Assembly: GCA_013239625.1 (NCBI GenBank)
Contig: MU054212.1
Coordinates: 4,436,270-4,500,269, forward strand
Length of the DNA: 64,000 nucleotides
From: Lama guanicoe
Taxonomy: Eukaryota
Reading direction: 5' to 3'
This document shows positions 1-14,529 of this stretch, piece by piece. Numbering within the stretch: the first letter of the stretch is position 1; the number at the start of each line of letters is the position of its first letter. The notes beneath the pieces were generated by a model. The model made no database searches, was not told where the DNA came from, and worked only from the letters and a program-made list of their open reading frames with translations. The position numbers were made by a program, and so were the translations under genes.

Positions 1-149
1 TTTCATCCAGGCTGTTATTTTTGGTGCCTTTTTGCTTATTAATGTTTCTAAATGATTTCTCATGCTTCCCCCGTCTTTATCTCATCTTCGGCTCCATACC
101 AAACCTGCAAACTCCTGCTTCAACACATTAGAGGATTACAGAGTCTTAA

Positions 150-1455
150 AAGCTTGATGTAAAATGTATGTACAGTGAGAGACACAGGTCTTAAATGAAA
201 AGCTCAATGAGGTTTAATAACGGCGTGCATCCTGTGAACAACGCCCCCAACTAAGATCTAGAACGTTTCTACTGTTTGGAAAGTTCTCATCCAGCAGATC
301 CTCACAACCCTATAAGTTACCAGTATTCAGATTTTTATTTCTATAGATATTTTTCACTTGGTCAGCAACTTCATGAAAATGAAATCATACCATATGGACC
401 CTTCTGTGTCTGGCATCTTTGCCGTTCCATAGACATTCGAGATACCATTTATCAGGCCGAAGGAATTACCTTCTATTTTTGGTTTGTTAAGGGCTTTTAT
501 CGTGATTGTCATTTAAATTTTGTCAAATGATTTTCCTGCCTCTATTGAGTTGATCACATGGTTACCCTCATTTTTCTGTCCAATGTTTTTTATCAATTTA
601 AAAAAAATAATTAAATAAGGCCTGCATTTTCAGGATAAGCCGAACTTCATATTGCTGTATTATTCTTTTTATAGACACTTGAATCTGATTTTCTAAAGTG
701 TCTTTAACTTTTTTGTATAAATATTTATAAGTGATCTATCATTTTTTTCTTATATTGTCTTTGGTTTGACATCATAGTGGTGCTAGCCTCATATCATCAG
801 TTGGGAAGTGTTCCTTCCCTCTGCCTCCATTTACTGAAAGAGATTGTGTAAAATTGATATTATTTCTTCTTTGACTGTTTGACAGAGATCACAAGTGCTG
901 TCCTATTGGCTTAGACTTTTCTTTGTGGGCAGGTTTTTAATTACCACTTCGTTTTCTTTAGTAAATAGAGGGTAATTTACTCTTATACTCTACTCTTTAA
1001 ATTTCTAGATTTTTAATTTACTCTTGAGTCAGTTCTGGTAACTTAATTTTTTAAAAAATTTGGGTTGCATCAAAGCTAGTTAATTTATTAGTGTAAAGTT
1101 CATCATCTTCCCTCATCTTTGTTTTGCTGTCTTTACAACCTGCAGCGATGCCCTCTCTTTCATTTTGATATTGGCGGTTTACTTTTCAGTTCTCTTTTAA
1201 TTGATCTGTCTAGCTAGAGGTTAATCAATTAGATTTTTTTCAAAACAAATTTTTGGTTTTTCTCATAGTTGTCCATTTTCTATTTCACCGATTTACACTG
1301 TTACTAATATTATTTAATTCCTACTTAAATTTGAATCTAATTTGCTCTTCTTTTTCTAGTTTCTTAATTGGAAGCTTAGCTCTTGGTTTTAAACCTTTCT
1401 TCTTATCTAATATAAGCACTTAAGGTATAATTTTTCCTCTAAAATTTGTTTCAAC
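150..1455 (-). mobile_element. Old L1 (L1M) fragments
   Basis: T-rich antisense L1 ORF2/3' motifs, e.g. gggaagtgttccttcc, ctagctagaggttaatcaatt. Confidence 0.75.
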
Positions 1456-4400
1456 AAATGTACGTATATCCTTAAGAAGATGAGAAATGTTGAAAATGTG
1501 AACAGTGATAAGAGGAGTATAATTAATTCAACCTTTTGCTCCTGAGGACCAAAAAAGGAACGAACAAAAATATTAAGGAAAGAAGGAGAGGGAAAAAAAT
1601 TTAGGGAAGTTTATAGAGGCAGAGGAAGACATTTCTAACAGTTCTAAATGCCATGAAATGTCAAAGTAGATAAGAATTCACAAGTGACTATTTGTTTTGC
1701 CTTTTATAAAGTCACTAATGCAATACTATGTTTCGATAATTGTAGGTATTATGAAAGCATGGGGCTGGTTTAGAAGGGAAATTTGGAAGCAGTTTATCAG
1801 GGAACTGTGTGATTGCATCTATCCCTCCCTCCTAACCTTTTGCAGCAGAGAAGAAGACTTGACAGCTTTAACTGTATGGCTAAGCTAGAAAAAAATTTTT
1901 TTCACTTGTTTCGTGGTGACAGCACCTTCGAGATGCTGGCCAACTTACAAGGTGTTGTAGAAAGTCCTTTAGGCAGTCAAAAAAAAGTTGTCAGATCACC
2001 TTTTGTCTACTGTTTGAGAGAGTATGGCTGTCTTACTCTAGAACACATAGTAGTAACTTCTAAATAAGCTTTCATTTCCTTGTTGTGGTTTTTGTTTACT
2101 GAGCCCACTGGAATAGTTTTTGTCTGCTCAGTGAGGTGTAGGCACCTGGCAGGTAAGGGCTGGCTTCAGTTCCATTGTAATCTGCAGGTGTACTCTATGT
2201 CCTTGGCAGAGTACTGGAGGACATAGCCTGTGCACAGTGATGCATGTAGCTTTTCCCACCTTCTGATTTCATATCTGCCTAAAATAATTGAACCTGTGGC
2301 AAAATAAAATATTGTTCCGTAGTTTATCTCAAGATCCCCATGATCCGAATTTTCAATGGCTACATTATTGTACAATTTGTATGACCTTTGAGCTTCCTGA
2401 TATGATACATGTTTATCTCTCCTTCTTACGCTTTTTTATTGGAAAGATGTTGGGGAGTTTGTGGTAAGGAAGTAGAATATTAATTTCTCAAAGAAAACAT
2501 TTTTAGTTTTGAATTCTCAATAGGAAAAATGTATGAGAGAAAGGAAAGATAAGAAAATAATACAGAAATTAAAGGAGATAATTATTTTTTAAATTAGAGT
2601 TGAAAATTTTTTAAATATTAAAATGTTAAATAACAAAAGAAGATTTTTGTATTCTAGTAGATTGAGGGAGTCATTTAATTCTTAAACCTAATTCATTTCT
2701 ACCTCTTACAAGTTTCTCCCAAGATGCATTATGTGTTATATAAATTAGTTTCTGTTCATGATAAAAGAACATTTTCCTAAAGTTTGATCCAAAGAACAAT
2801 AGTCCTAAGAGGTATCCTTTGAAATAAGAAAAAAAAAAATTCTGCCTGCTATATTATCTTGGAGACTCCCAATGCACATAAATATATTAGAAGCTCTGAG
2901 ATTAACTGACTTAAAAGAACTTGTTTAACTCGATTTAATATAATTTTTCCAAACTTATTTGATCCCGTAAAGCTTTTATTTTTCTATATTAGCCATCAAT
3001 TTGCCTTGAAACTAAAACTTGTTTGGTGCATGCTTTGGTAAATACGGCAAGAATATTTTCATGTTTAAACTTTTAAATTTGAATAATGCCTGACAGATAA
3101 TATTCATTCAGTTGAGGAAGTCAAGAATTAAGAGATTTTTTTTTCAATCGGTGACTTTTTTGCACTAGTGTCAGGTTATTAGGCAAATATCTAATTTATT
3201 TAATAGCTATCGATTACTACATTGTATAAGTCATCTCCCAAATCATTTTCAAAACCAAATATTATGCTATAACCATATATAGTGATCAAACGAATAAAAA
3301 TAATGATCAAATGTTTGTTCAGGTTTGCAGAGCATAGCCCAGATACCAGAAAAAACTTAAGAGATAGGATAAAGATATCATTCTAAATCAAGAAAAAGGC
3401 AAAATAAGTTTTAACCGTTGCTACTGTTTTAACTTAGACTTTTAAAAGAAGCCAAATACTGTAGTCATGGCATTTATTTTGGTATAAGACATAATGAGGC
3501 TAAAATATACTGTCTTGCACTGAGCAGTGAAAATGGCACTCTGAATTTTTAAAATATGAATAAATATTATAATATATTCTAAAATTCCCATCAGCATAAA
3601 ATGACCTATAAGTTGACATAAATCCTATAAATTTCTGCAGTCTTTCAGGTTTCTACACCCTGCAGCGACCACACTCTCTAGAAATGAGCTCTAGCGCTTA
3701 AGATTAGCAAATAACTAGTGAAATGGAGCAGGGATAACCTGCTTAGACATTCATGCATAGATGGTCGGCGCTGAAGGAGCAAGTGCCAAGGAAGGCAGCA
3801 CACCTTGCGTCCTGCTGAAAAGCACATGGTTTGTCCATTGCTTTAGGAATATTTGATCTATGTAGACCTGTTAAACACAATTTAAACCTATATTGATCTT
3901 CATGAATACATCCCAGAAGACCTCAGTATTCCAATAAACTCTTGCTGTCCGTTAAGATCTTCAGTTTATTGTGGAAAAGAACCAACATTAGTCTAATATT
4001 ATTCATGGGCTATGTCTGAGTTTTTCACATCATGACTCTTTAATATCATATTAAAATGGGGCAAAATAGCATTGATTTCTTAATATTTGAACTAGAACTC
4101 TTGCCAAGCAAAGAGCATTGACATCAGCTTATTACTAGACCGTTTTATAAACTTCAAAGGGTCTAGCATAATATATACACCTAGCAGGCATTTAGTAATT
4201 GGATTTCCACTGAATGGTGAATATGGCTGAATGCCTGATGCTGTCTCATGACCAAGGTTCCATTCTTTTATTGTAAGGGTTTTACCCATCTTAGCAAAAG
4301 CCACCTTAGAAGAAAAACATATTTTTCAAAGTCTTTTGTACCTGCTATTGCACAAGTTTTACCAATTTTATTAATGGGATATAAGCAAAAATTATATATG

Positions 4401-5989
4401 GCACTCCAACTTTACCCTTTAAAAAAATAGCCACATACTGACCTGTCTCTTTTTCCATTCCAGTGGCTGAAAGATAGAGGAAACTTGACCCTGAAAGGGA
4501 AGTTTCATGCTGAAGTTGGCAGGTCTGTTCCAATAGCCTTGGACTATGTACTTCTGAACCGTTATATGCGAGAGAAATTAACTTCTTTAGTTGTTGTACT
4601 TTGAGATCTCTTGTTACAGCAGCTTCGCCCAACATGTAATGAGTTGCACAGAAACACATTCAGAAAAGGAAGTAGACATGGGTCTTTCCCCCAGATACAA
4701 TACCAGCAATAGCAGGAGGAAGAATAAACTATTAATAATAAAATAATACATCCCACTATCCTATCATTTTGTGGTTTTAAGAATTTGTGTCAAGTACTTT
4801 ACTATTTAGTGTCAAGAAACACCGCATGTGTGACCATGCATGCCATTTAAATACTGTGTGCCCAAGTTTCTACATTTGTTAAATGAGTTTAATTTCCATA
4901 CAGTGTTACTTTGAGAAATAAATCAATATCTGAAAGGTTGTATTAGGTAGACATTAACAGTCCCATTTTACATAGAACAAAGTTGAGGTTCAGAGTCATT
5001 CTGGGGTACCTCAGTGACAATTAGGCTAGAACTCTAGTCTTTTCTAATATATTACATTGCCTCTAGATCCTATGAGGGCTTGAGTTTCTCCCAACCTGCG
5101 GAATCTAGAATCCTGGGCATATTCTCAGAAAAATGTGATTTTTAAAGGGATTCAGTGGTTACTCAAAGCTTACCAGTTGAAGAGATTACATTTTATCTTT
5201 ACATATCTTATTGTATCTAATGTTATGGTGTGCATATAGTTAAAATAAATGCCTTTAATTACATATTGCATTAAATACATCACGTTTAGGAGCTCTGACA
5301 ATTAGCTAGTACACTGAATTATTTCACCCTGTGGACATTTTATAAGGTTTTTGAGAAGGGATTTAATTGTTACTTTAAAATATGATTTTAGTGGTACTGT
5401 CTCAGAGGCAACTAACTGAGGCAAATAGACAGTCTGGATGAATTAGATAAACTAGTTCCATCTTCAGTAGATTTTTTGTTGTTGTTTTCATTTTGTTATT
5501 TCACTTTGACATGTGGATAAGTCACTCCATGACTTGATGATTCTTTAAATACTCTATCTGAAGCATATGGAGTTCAGTTTTAAACTATGGGGCAGAGGAT
5601 AAAAAGAACACTGTTTTAAAATTTATTATGATTATATTGAATTTTAATAGCTCATTTAACTCAGGATAATTTGCTTCTTAGATTACTAGATAATGGTTTT
5701 GAGGATGAAGCAGTATTTTATTCATTTTTGTATCCCGTCCTTTGCATCATGCCCAGTAAATGGAAGAATGAGTAAATGAGTGGATGGATAAGAGAATGAT
5801 ATGCCATTAAAATACTCCCACCTTGGGTTATTAAGTGCTGCTTCAAACACTGGATGTGTAAGGAAAGCACACTCCCCTCTTGTTCTCACCCTGCAGTTTT
5901 CTAGGCATTATTAGATGAGCAGCCTGCTGTGCTTCTGAAAAAGCAGTCTTAAGTCTACCATGATTATGCTATGTTCCAGAATCAGAGAC

Positions 5990-6360
5990 TGCTATAGATT
6001 GAATCTGTCCCTGCCCACCCCCTGCTGCAAATTCATATGTTGAAACCTGATCCCCAGTATGATGGTATTTGAAGGTGGGGCTGTTGGGAGGGAATTGGAT
6101 TATAATAGTGGAGCCTTCCTGGAAGGTATTATTGGATTAGATTGGAGCTTAGATTAGCGACCTCACCCCTTCTGCCATGTGAGGTGACAGTAAGAACACT
6201 TTCATCCATGACCCAGGGAGCAAGACCTCACCTGATGCTACATCTGCTGGTGACTTGATTTTGGATTTTCCCATCTCTGGAATTATGAGAAACAGATTGC
6301 TGTTGGAAAAGGCATTCACTCTATGGTATTCTGTTATAGCAGCCTGAAGTGACTAAGGCA
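5990..6360 (+). mobile_element. MaLR solo LTR (MLT1A/MST-like)
   Basis: TG...CA ends, attcatatgttgaa and tgttatagcagcc..gactaaggca hallmarks, 5-bp target-site duplication GAGAC. Confidence 0.85.
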
Positions 6361-6629
6361 GAGACCTAGCTTCTCCCATCACCGAAAGGAATACGCTCCT
6401 TTCTCTTACGAATTTTGTGTGCACTGGGGACCCTTCCTTTACTGTAATGATTGGACATGAATATGAACTTCATGCACTAAAAATTGGTTGTGGAGATGAA
6501 TTGTCTGTATTGAGAGCAAGAAATCTAACATTTTTGCTTTACTTTCCATATTCAAAAAGAAAGGTCAAAGGAAAACTTAAAATAATAGAACTGTTTGCTA
6601 AATCAAATACCTAAAATAATTTAAAATAA

Positions 6630-8560
6630 ATTGATAGGAATTGTATTGAATCTAAAGATGGCTTTGCATAATATGGACATTATAACAATATTTCATTTAT
6701 TTCTGGCTTCTTCAATTCCTTTTCAAGGTCTTACAGTTTTCATTACAGATCTTTTCCCTCCTTAGTTAAATTTATTCCTAAGTATTTTATTGTTTTTAAT
6801 GCTATTGTAAATGGATTTTTTTTTTGCTCTTTAAGAGATTTTGTTGTTAGTGTATAAAAATGCAACTGATTTTTGTATATTGGTTTCGTATCTTGCCACT
6901 TTACTGAATTTGTATATTCTAACAGTTTTTTTGGTGGAAGCTTTATGGTTCTCTCTATATAAGGTCTCACATCTGCAAACAAAGAATTAAAAAATTCTTC
7001 CTTTCCAATTTGGATATCATTTGTTTATTTATTTTTTCTTGCTCAATAGCTCTGGCTAGGACTTTCAATACTGTGTTGAATAGAAGTGGTAGGAGTGGGC
7101 ATCCTTGTCTTATTTCCTAATCTTAGAGGGAACGTTTTCAACCTTTCACACTTGATATGATGTTAGGTATCAGCTTATCATATATGGCCTTTACCATGTT
7201 GAGGGCTATTCCTTCTATATCCAGTGTGCTGAGCATTTTTGTCATAAAAGATTGTTACATTTTGTTAAATGCTTTTCCTGTATTCATTGTGGTGATTATA
7301 TGATTTTTATCTTTAATTTTATTAATGTGATACATTACATTTACTGATCTATGTATGTTGAACTATCCTTGCATCCCAGGGATGAAACCCTCTTGATCAT
7401 GGTGTGTGATCCTTTTAATGTGATGCTGAATTTGGTTTGCAAGTATTTTATTGAGAAATTTTGCATCTATATTCATCAGGGATATTGGCCTGTAGTTTCC
7501 TTTTCTTGTAGTGCTCTTATTTCACATTGGTGTCAAGGTAATACCGACCATGTAAAATGAGTTTGGGAGTGTTCAATCCTCTTCAATTTTTTGGAAGAGT
7601 TTGAGAAGGATTGGCATTAATTCATCCTTAAATGTTTGGTAGAATTCACCACTGAAGCCATCTGGTCCTTGGATTTTCTTTGTTGAAAAGTTTTTGATCA
7701 TCAGTTCAATATTCTTACTTGTTATTGGTCTATTCAAATGTTCCATTTCTTCATGATTCAGTCTTGGTAGGTTGTATGTTTAGGGGAATTTATTCATGTC
7801 TTCTAGGTTATCCATATTGTTGGCGTATAATTGTTCACAGTAGTGTCTTGTAACTTTTTAGATTTCTGTGCTGTCAGTTGTAATACGTGTTTTTACATTT
7901 ATAATTTTGTTTACTTAAGCCAGCTCTTTTTTCTTGGCATTAGTCTAGCCAAAGGTTTATCAATTTCATTTATCTTTTCACAGAACCAACCCTTAGTTTT
8001 GTTAATCTTTTCTATTGTTTTTCTGTTCTCTATTTTATTCATTTCTGTTGTCATGTTTATTATTTCCTTTTTTTCGGATAACTTTGGGCTTAATATGATC
8101 TTCTTTTTCTAATTCCTGGAGGTGTGATGTTAGGTTGTTTATTTGAGATCCATTCTTTCTTTTTTCTATTTTTTTAATGTATTTATAGGTATAAACTTTC
8201 CTCTTAGATCGTCTTTTGCTGCATATAATTGGATTTTTAAAAAAATTTTCAGTCATACTATGTATTTTAATCTATTTTAAAGGGATTTTAATCCATTTAT
8301 ATTTAAATGATTATTGGTAGGTAAGAACTTACTATTGCCATTTTATTTATTGTTTTATGACTATTTTATAGATCTTTTTTTCCTGGGGGCGCAAGTCAGG
8401 GAGAATTACCATCCAAACTCCCTGGCTAGACAGGGTCACTCTGTTTTGCAGAAGGGTAGAGACACTGGCTGGTATCTCTGCTCAGGGTGCTGGCAAGAAT
8501 GCGTTCTGTTCTGCTAAGATCTGATCCCTGGTTGCTGTAAGCCCCACCCTGTCCCTTGAT
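6630..8560 (-). mobile_element. L1 ORF2 fragment(s)
   Basis: Minus-strand ORF contains the L1 ORF2 motif IKYLGINLTK; typical antisense L1 sequence. Confidence 0.9.
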
Positions 8561-8937
8561 CTTAATTGCAAAGGTTCTTAAAACTTAAATAATGGCTTTA
8601 ATCTCTGCTTTTTTGACAGTAACACTGTTTGTGAAAAAAGACCACATTGTGTAGATTGGGTAATAAATTTATAATGACTTCATTTAGAGTCTTTCTGGGA
8701 TCGGTTCTAATTTCAAAAATAGATTCTGATTTAGGACTTAAAAGTATAGCTAGAAAAATTAATATTACTTCTCTCTTTTAATTAATTCATTTGAAGAAAA
8801 CCTGGTAGGATGATCTGAGCTGACAGTGTCAAGTGTCACTCTTCCTTTTTAGTGGAAGATACAATTTACAAACACTCTTTCCAGGAGGATAAGAAAGTTT
8901 CCCATGGAGGAATGGCCTTGTAATTTGAGAGCCAAAA

Positions 8938-9566
8938 TGAGACAGAAGGGAAGGGGACAGGGCACAGCCACTCAAGGAATGACAGCAATTTAACACCAAA
9001 ATAGTGGAAGATTCAACTCTTAATTGGCCTTGAGAATTAAGAGGTTTGACTTCTGGTAGACCTTGAGCTTCATTGTATGCTCATCCTAACAGCGTGATAA
9101 ATACCATGCCCGCAGGTGCCATGACATTCCCAAGGCTGACCGCAAAAGGCCAAAGAGTGGGTGGTGGCCCAGTTCCTGGGAATCCCAGCCGCTTCCCCAG
9201 GGCAGTTGGAATGGTCTCACCTGTAGGCTGTGAAGCTACTGAGCTCATAAAAACTGGCAACACCATGCCTAGCGGCCTTTTTCACTCCCTCCTCTTTGGA
9301 GATGGCCAGTACTATGTCTATGGAGTGTGTACCTACTTTTACTTTAACCCGAGCATACAATTCCCACACCTCTTTCCTTGCCTTTCTCTTGCCTTACACT
9401 CTATGCAGTAAGTATCTCTCTAAATAAATCTACCTTTACTCAACTGTGGCTCACACTTGAATTCTTTCCTGCTCTAAGCCAAGGACCCACAGCTGGCAGG
9501 GCACGTCCCAGGGGCCCAACCTGGGACACAGCCCTCCTCACACCCCATGTCCATTTTCCTGCATCA
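8938..9566 (+). mobile_element. ERV1-class solo LTR (MER41-like), copy 1
   Basis: TG...CA ends, AATAAA at ~9423, clearly homologous to 51210-51861. Confidence 0.85.
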
Positions 9567-10080
9567 GAAATAACAAGCAGATGTCACAAGCATTAAACAG
9601 AAATCCCCTGAATATTTTATTTTCCCACTTACAATTTAATTTGTCATTGTAACTATGACAAATATTATTATTTATTTCTTTTTGTACAAAATGTGATAAT
9701 GATGCTTAGTAGCAGAACAAAAATTTATCAGTAGTAGATAAGAGTATTATCAGCATGGTTTTCAATCGTATCAGTAAATGATTCAGTGTAATTGGGTCCC
9801 AGGGCGTGTCTAACCAAGCCGAACATCTAGAGAACACACAGGAGTTGTAAAAAGATTAGATCTTCTATTTCCTCTGTCACTGTAATTCTGTGTTTCTATT
9901 CAGTGCCTCTTGGTATACATATGAGAGAATGAATCCCAGATACAATTTCTGTGTCTCCTCAGATACGTTATTTTGGCGATCTCTGTTTGGTCGGACTGCT
10001 GTAGTCCTGGTTACTGCTCATGTTCTACAGACCGCCTCATCCTGCAGCTCGGCTAACGTGACTGCGATAGATCAACTGAT

Positions 10081-10137
10081 TTAGTCACTGCACAAAGTTT
10101 TACAAGATAGGAAGGCCAATAATCGTTCCAAAAATCC
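10081..10137 (-). pseudogene. Candidate terminal coding exon remnant
   Basis: tttttcccttagattgcag| acceptor; phase-0 reading GFLERLLAFLSCKTLCSD*. Confidence 0.3.
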
Positions 10138-11739
10138 CTGCAATCTAAGGGAAAAAAAGCTTTTATTTAGAAAAAAAAAGAATCAACTCTTATCAACCAT
10201 CAACCATGCACTATAATTTTAAACAGCTTTTCAGCCGAGTTTTTCTTTTCTGCCCAATGACTGGTTTACAGTGTTGCTTGGCCTCTGGACCAAAGACTCT
10301 TGATTAGCCGTGTGGGGCAAGTCCTCTTAGAACACTGCACAGCTGCACTTCAGTGCTTCCATTTTGACATATCCTGTGAAGGGTTACACAAAGTCATCTG
10401 AAGAGGTTAATGATGAAGGAGGATAAGGAGGAGGCGAGGAAAAAGGCTGTGCAAGAAGTCGAAAACTGTAACAAAGAAATGGCAGCTTAACGTGGTGGAT
10501 CTGAGTATTCGAACGGGAATGACGGTGGTGAAATTGGACAGCAATTACATCAATTTGGTTGTCAATTGCTCAAATGTCAATTATAGCCATTTTAGTGGCC
10601 GGGCAGTAGATTCTGCTTATGCATTTCCAAGTGAGAGTTACAGGTGAAAAAGATATATTCTTCTTCTCTTATATATGCATATCAAGGGTTTTCCTTGTAT
10701 GAAGAGACATTAAATCAGAGGTTTAGTTGTACTGAAGAACTGCTGTTTTGGGAAGCATCTTTTGGTACCTGCTCATTGCACCAAAAGATTGCATGGTATC
10801 AGTTTTACAAGTGAATATTCATTATCTCAGCCATGTCTGAGAAGTTCCTATTCTACAGTTTCTAATTTTCTTCATCTTCAGTTGTAGAACTTATTTTGAT
10901 TTTCTTTTTCCAGTTCTTCTTCCCTTGCTTCTCACCCTCTCCCTAGTCCCCTTTTCACTTCCTTCCTTTCTCCTCTCTCTTTCTTACTCCTTTTTCCTTT
11001 TCTTCTTCCTTTGTAGAAAAGTAAAATTGAATAAAGAAGATGATTCTTCTTAGGAACTTAGCATGGTTTGCCTGACTGTAACTGAGAAAGTTTATTATTT
11101 GAATAATTCTCCACAGATATGAGTAACTACAAGCAAGATAATATACTGCAGTTTCGTTTGAATTGTAGATACATCCCTCAATTATCAGAATTAAAAAAGA
11201 AAAGTTTTAATGCCTAAACAGTTCATGGCTTTGCCATAGCCTTGCAGTGGCCTTGCTAAAAGTCTTGAAAGCTTTACCAGAGCCTAAAGATAAGTACTAC
11301 CTTAAGTACTTACCTTATTTAATTATTTGGCTTCTACCTACCTGCAGTGACTCCCCCATACATTCTGAACGGGAACCTCATTATTCATTTTGCACATCAA
11401 ACCAGACAAGTTCTTCTTGGATACCATGCCACTTTTGAATCAATATTTTCTCCTACCCACTTCTCTGCCTGGGAAACTTCTGTTCATTTGTAAGACTCAG
11501 TTAAAGGGATAACCTTACTTCTCCGCCTGGGAAGAAGAGCGTCTACCTTAGCCCTGGCAGAGGTCTGGGATTTGCCTGTATTCTAGAGTTATCACTGCAC
11601 AGATTATGCAGTCAAAACTCTTGGAGGGCATGCATTGGTCTTGCTCGTCTTTTTATTCTTAAGGTTTGAATATTCCAGTGATGGCGTTTGGAAGAGGGTT
11701 AATGAAGTGAATGCTGAGTGACTCCAATAATAAATAATA

Positions 11740-11990
11740 ACAACTGTTGTAATAATAAAAATTTATAGAGCACTTACTATCTATTGGGAACTGCTCAGAG
11801 CACTTTAAATATTTTAATTTATTAAATTTAATCATTGCAATGGCCATATGTGATATTTCTCTTATTTTACAGATAATAAAATTGATAAATTCAACAGAGA
11901 TGTTAAATCATTTCCCTAAGGTCATACTGCTAGTGGGAAATACCCAGCATTTGAATCCAGGTAGACTGCTCTCAGAATCCAGATTTGTAA
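11740..11990 (-). mobile_element. MIR SINE
   Basis: gagcacttactat, attttacagat, aaggtcata, tttgaatccagg core motifs. Confidence 0.75.
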
Positions 11991-12434
11991 TCTGAAGAGC
12001 ATTCGGTATCTCCCTTTCTACAGGATTAGCAGCAAAAGAGTCTGCTTCATTTTAAGGGCCCTGCATAGATTTTTGGATACTCATCTTTCAGATCCCCAAA
12101 GCCACTCTCATTTTGAAATATTTGTCATTGTGCCAGACAAATCAAGCCATTACGTGTCTAATTTCCTTGCTTGGAAGGCTGTCCACCTCAACCCTCGCTT
12201 TCCTCTGACCAGGAAAAGCATTGCTGTCTTGTGAGAAACCTCAACCACCACTGGTCCTTTGAAGACCTCCTTGTCAGTTCCTCCCTGAGATTTTCATTCC
12301 TGAGTGCCACGGCGCATGTAGAAATGCTGGTTCAATGAAGGCAAATGAACTACCACTCTTCATTGCTATAGGCATAAACAAAAATATTAGCGTTTGTATT
12401 TGGAGAGACAAAACTGGTTCTGAGATGCAATAAA

Positions 12435-12435
<1 letters not shown>

Positions 12436-12467
<32 letters not shown>
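12436..12467 (+). repeat. poly(A) tract
   Basis: About 32 consecutive A. Confidence 0.9.
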
Positions 12468-12468
<1 letters not shown>

Positions 12469-13110
12469 AACCACCACCACAGAAGAAACAATCTTGTTTT
12501 GGGCTAAACTGCAAGTTCCATTTGATTCCCTTTGTTACCTTTGGCTGAATTTATTGAAAATACAAATTTTTATAACAAGCATGGTATAGTAGCAATAAAG
12601 ATCAAGTTGTCAACATCTGGTTTCCGATCCAAATAGTTTGTGAGATTAATGCTACTGCCTAGAGGTTCCGCATTGCTAACTCCACGGAATGAAGTGTCGT
12701 GAGCGGCAGTGTGTACTTTATGACTTAATTTGTGGCCTGTCTTTGGGTGGGACAGAGAATCGATGTCCTTCTATTAGTATCCATATTTTGTCTTATGAAA
12801 TCCATTCCTGAACAGTCTGGTCATTGATGAACACTTCATGTGAAATGGCTGGTCACGGGATAAAGAAAGCTGGGCACCAGGGATGAAAAAAACTAATGTC
12901 AGTGTGAGGGCAGTTAAAGGTTATATCGAGATATTTTGCAGTCCACACAGAGAGGAAAGTAAGGTGGTACTCTCATTTTTAAGGACAGGGAAAAGGTGAA
13001 ATGAACTCTAAATAAAACAAGACAAAATAAACAAAATAAAGAATAAAACAGAGAAATCAACTTCCTTTCACCAGACAATACAACTTAAGGTTTCACTCAG
13101 CCATGCATAC

Positions 13111-13319
13111 CTCTTCATTGTCAGCTTTTTTCTCCCCACAATTCTTTTGGGAATGGAAATTGGCATCTTGCAATGATGGCAGTTCTGACTAACTGAAACT
13201 CCTCTGTCACTGGATTCGGGGAGGAGGAAGAACCGTGCTGGTGCTGATGGATGTGTAGATGCTGTTTCTGGAGCCATTTAACGGTCAGAGCATAAACTGT
13301 GTCAATTTCCTTTTAGTGT
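13111..13319 (-). pseudogene. Tail exon remnant, possible second SH2 (209 nt, phase 1-0)
   Basis: ttccag| ... ag|gtatgc. TKRKLTQFML*PLNGS...LPSLQDANFHSQKNCGEK resembles ITRK.AE.LL....GS...SL.DLV.FH...GE; three stops. Confidence 0.4.
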
Positions 13320-13429
13320 CTGGAATTCAACATGGAGCTTGTCAAATGGCAGGAGAAAAATCACGCCATTGTAGTGCCATTGACCGCGCACCAGTCTCTG
13401 CTTTGGAGTACACTTAGTCGTGTAGATGT

Positions 13430-13640
13430 AGTGCAGAATAGTCAAAAGAGTGTGAATTTTCGAGTCAGACTGCTGTGTTTCAGTTCTGAAACTGTGATCA
13501 CCTAGTTTTATGAATTTGAGCACACTGTGTAATCTCTTTGAACAACAGCTTTCTTACCTATAACATATAAATGCAAAAGAGGTTAATTTTCTGATTAAAC
13601 AAAATGAGATAAGTATAAAAACCTGGCTTATAAAATGCAT
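13430..13640 (+). mobile_element. MIR SINE (degraded)
   Basis: gagtcagactg..gtttcagttct..cagctttcttacctataa. Confidence 0.55.
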
Positions 13641-14234
13641 ATAATTCCATAAATATTTTACTGATACAAACAAAAAACCAGACCCTGTAACTGTTTTCTT
13701 TAGAAACTAAGGAGATTTGATGAAACTTTTCTGCATCATGAGGTCAGCTATCTAAACTATTAGATTAAAAAGAAACAACTAAAATTGCTCATAATGTTAA
13801 TTTAAGATAAACAGAAACTTAGCACAATTTCTTAAGAAAAGAAAAAAGTAAATTTATATTCATCAGGAAAAAAAGAAAAGAAAAAAGTAAGAAAAATTAT
13901 ATTCCAGACAAAGTTATTATTTCTACTAAGGGTTCCCAAATAGTCAAATATCTACAAAAGTTAAGAATTTTACATTATTAATGTGAAAAACCACTTTCTT
14001 TCAGTACTAGTGCTGCTGTGTTTTATTATATGTCATTTATTGTAACAGTGAGTCAACTGGTTCTAAAAATTAAAATTGAACTAGTTCTAAAAATTTTCCC
14101 TCTTGCTGTAAATTTGTAGCAGGGTGCTCTCTTTTTCCTCCCAGCTTTAGAGAACTCTATTTCTCATTTGCTATTCTTCATTTTAACATTTATTGATTTG
14201 TTGGGGTTATAGAATACTGTCCTTTAATTTATAC

Positions 14235-14374
14235 CATGAGGCAGTGATGGGCACAGCCAACGAGAATCTTGCAAAAGACTATTGTTAGCTGAGCAAAGGT
14301 TACTGTGTAAGAGATGAGTCTGAGAGGTTGGATTATTTAAGACAAAGGTAGGTATTCTGATGTTAATATGGAAG
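14235..14374 (-). pseudogene. Tail exon remnant (140 nt, phase 2-1)
   Basis: ttctattctgcag| ... catg|gtataa; 46 open codons, phase-compatible with both neighbours. Confidence 0.35.
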
Positions 14375-14529
14375 CTGCAGAATAGAAACCAAAGCTGTAC
14401 CTATGTTGACAAAACTAATAACACAAACCCAGTGCTGGTGCTGGCTTCCTTGCAAAGGTGACTGTTTGATTTCTCAAGTCAGTGTCCATTTCCTGTAAAT
14501 GTACTTATCGTAGACAAATTTACTCTTAC

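Noticed and set aside
4345..4659. 104-aa minus-strand ORF with an internal ag|gtcagt donor
   Set aside because: No clear acceptor and no recognisable homology; cannot be tied to the fossil gene.
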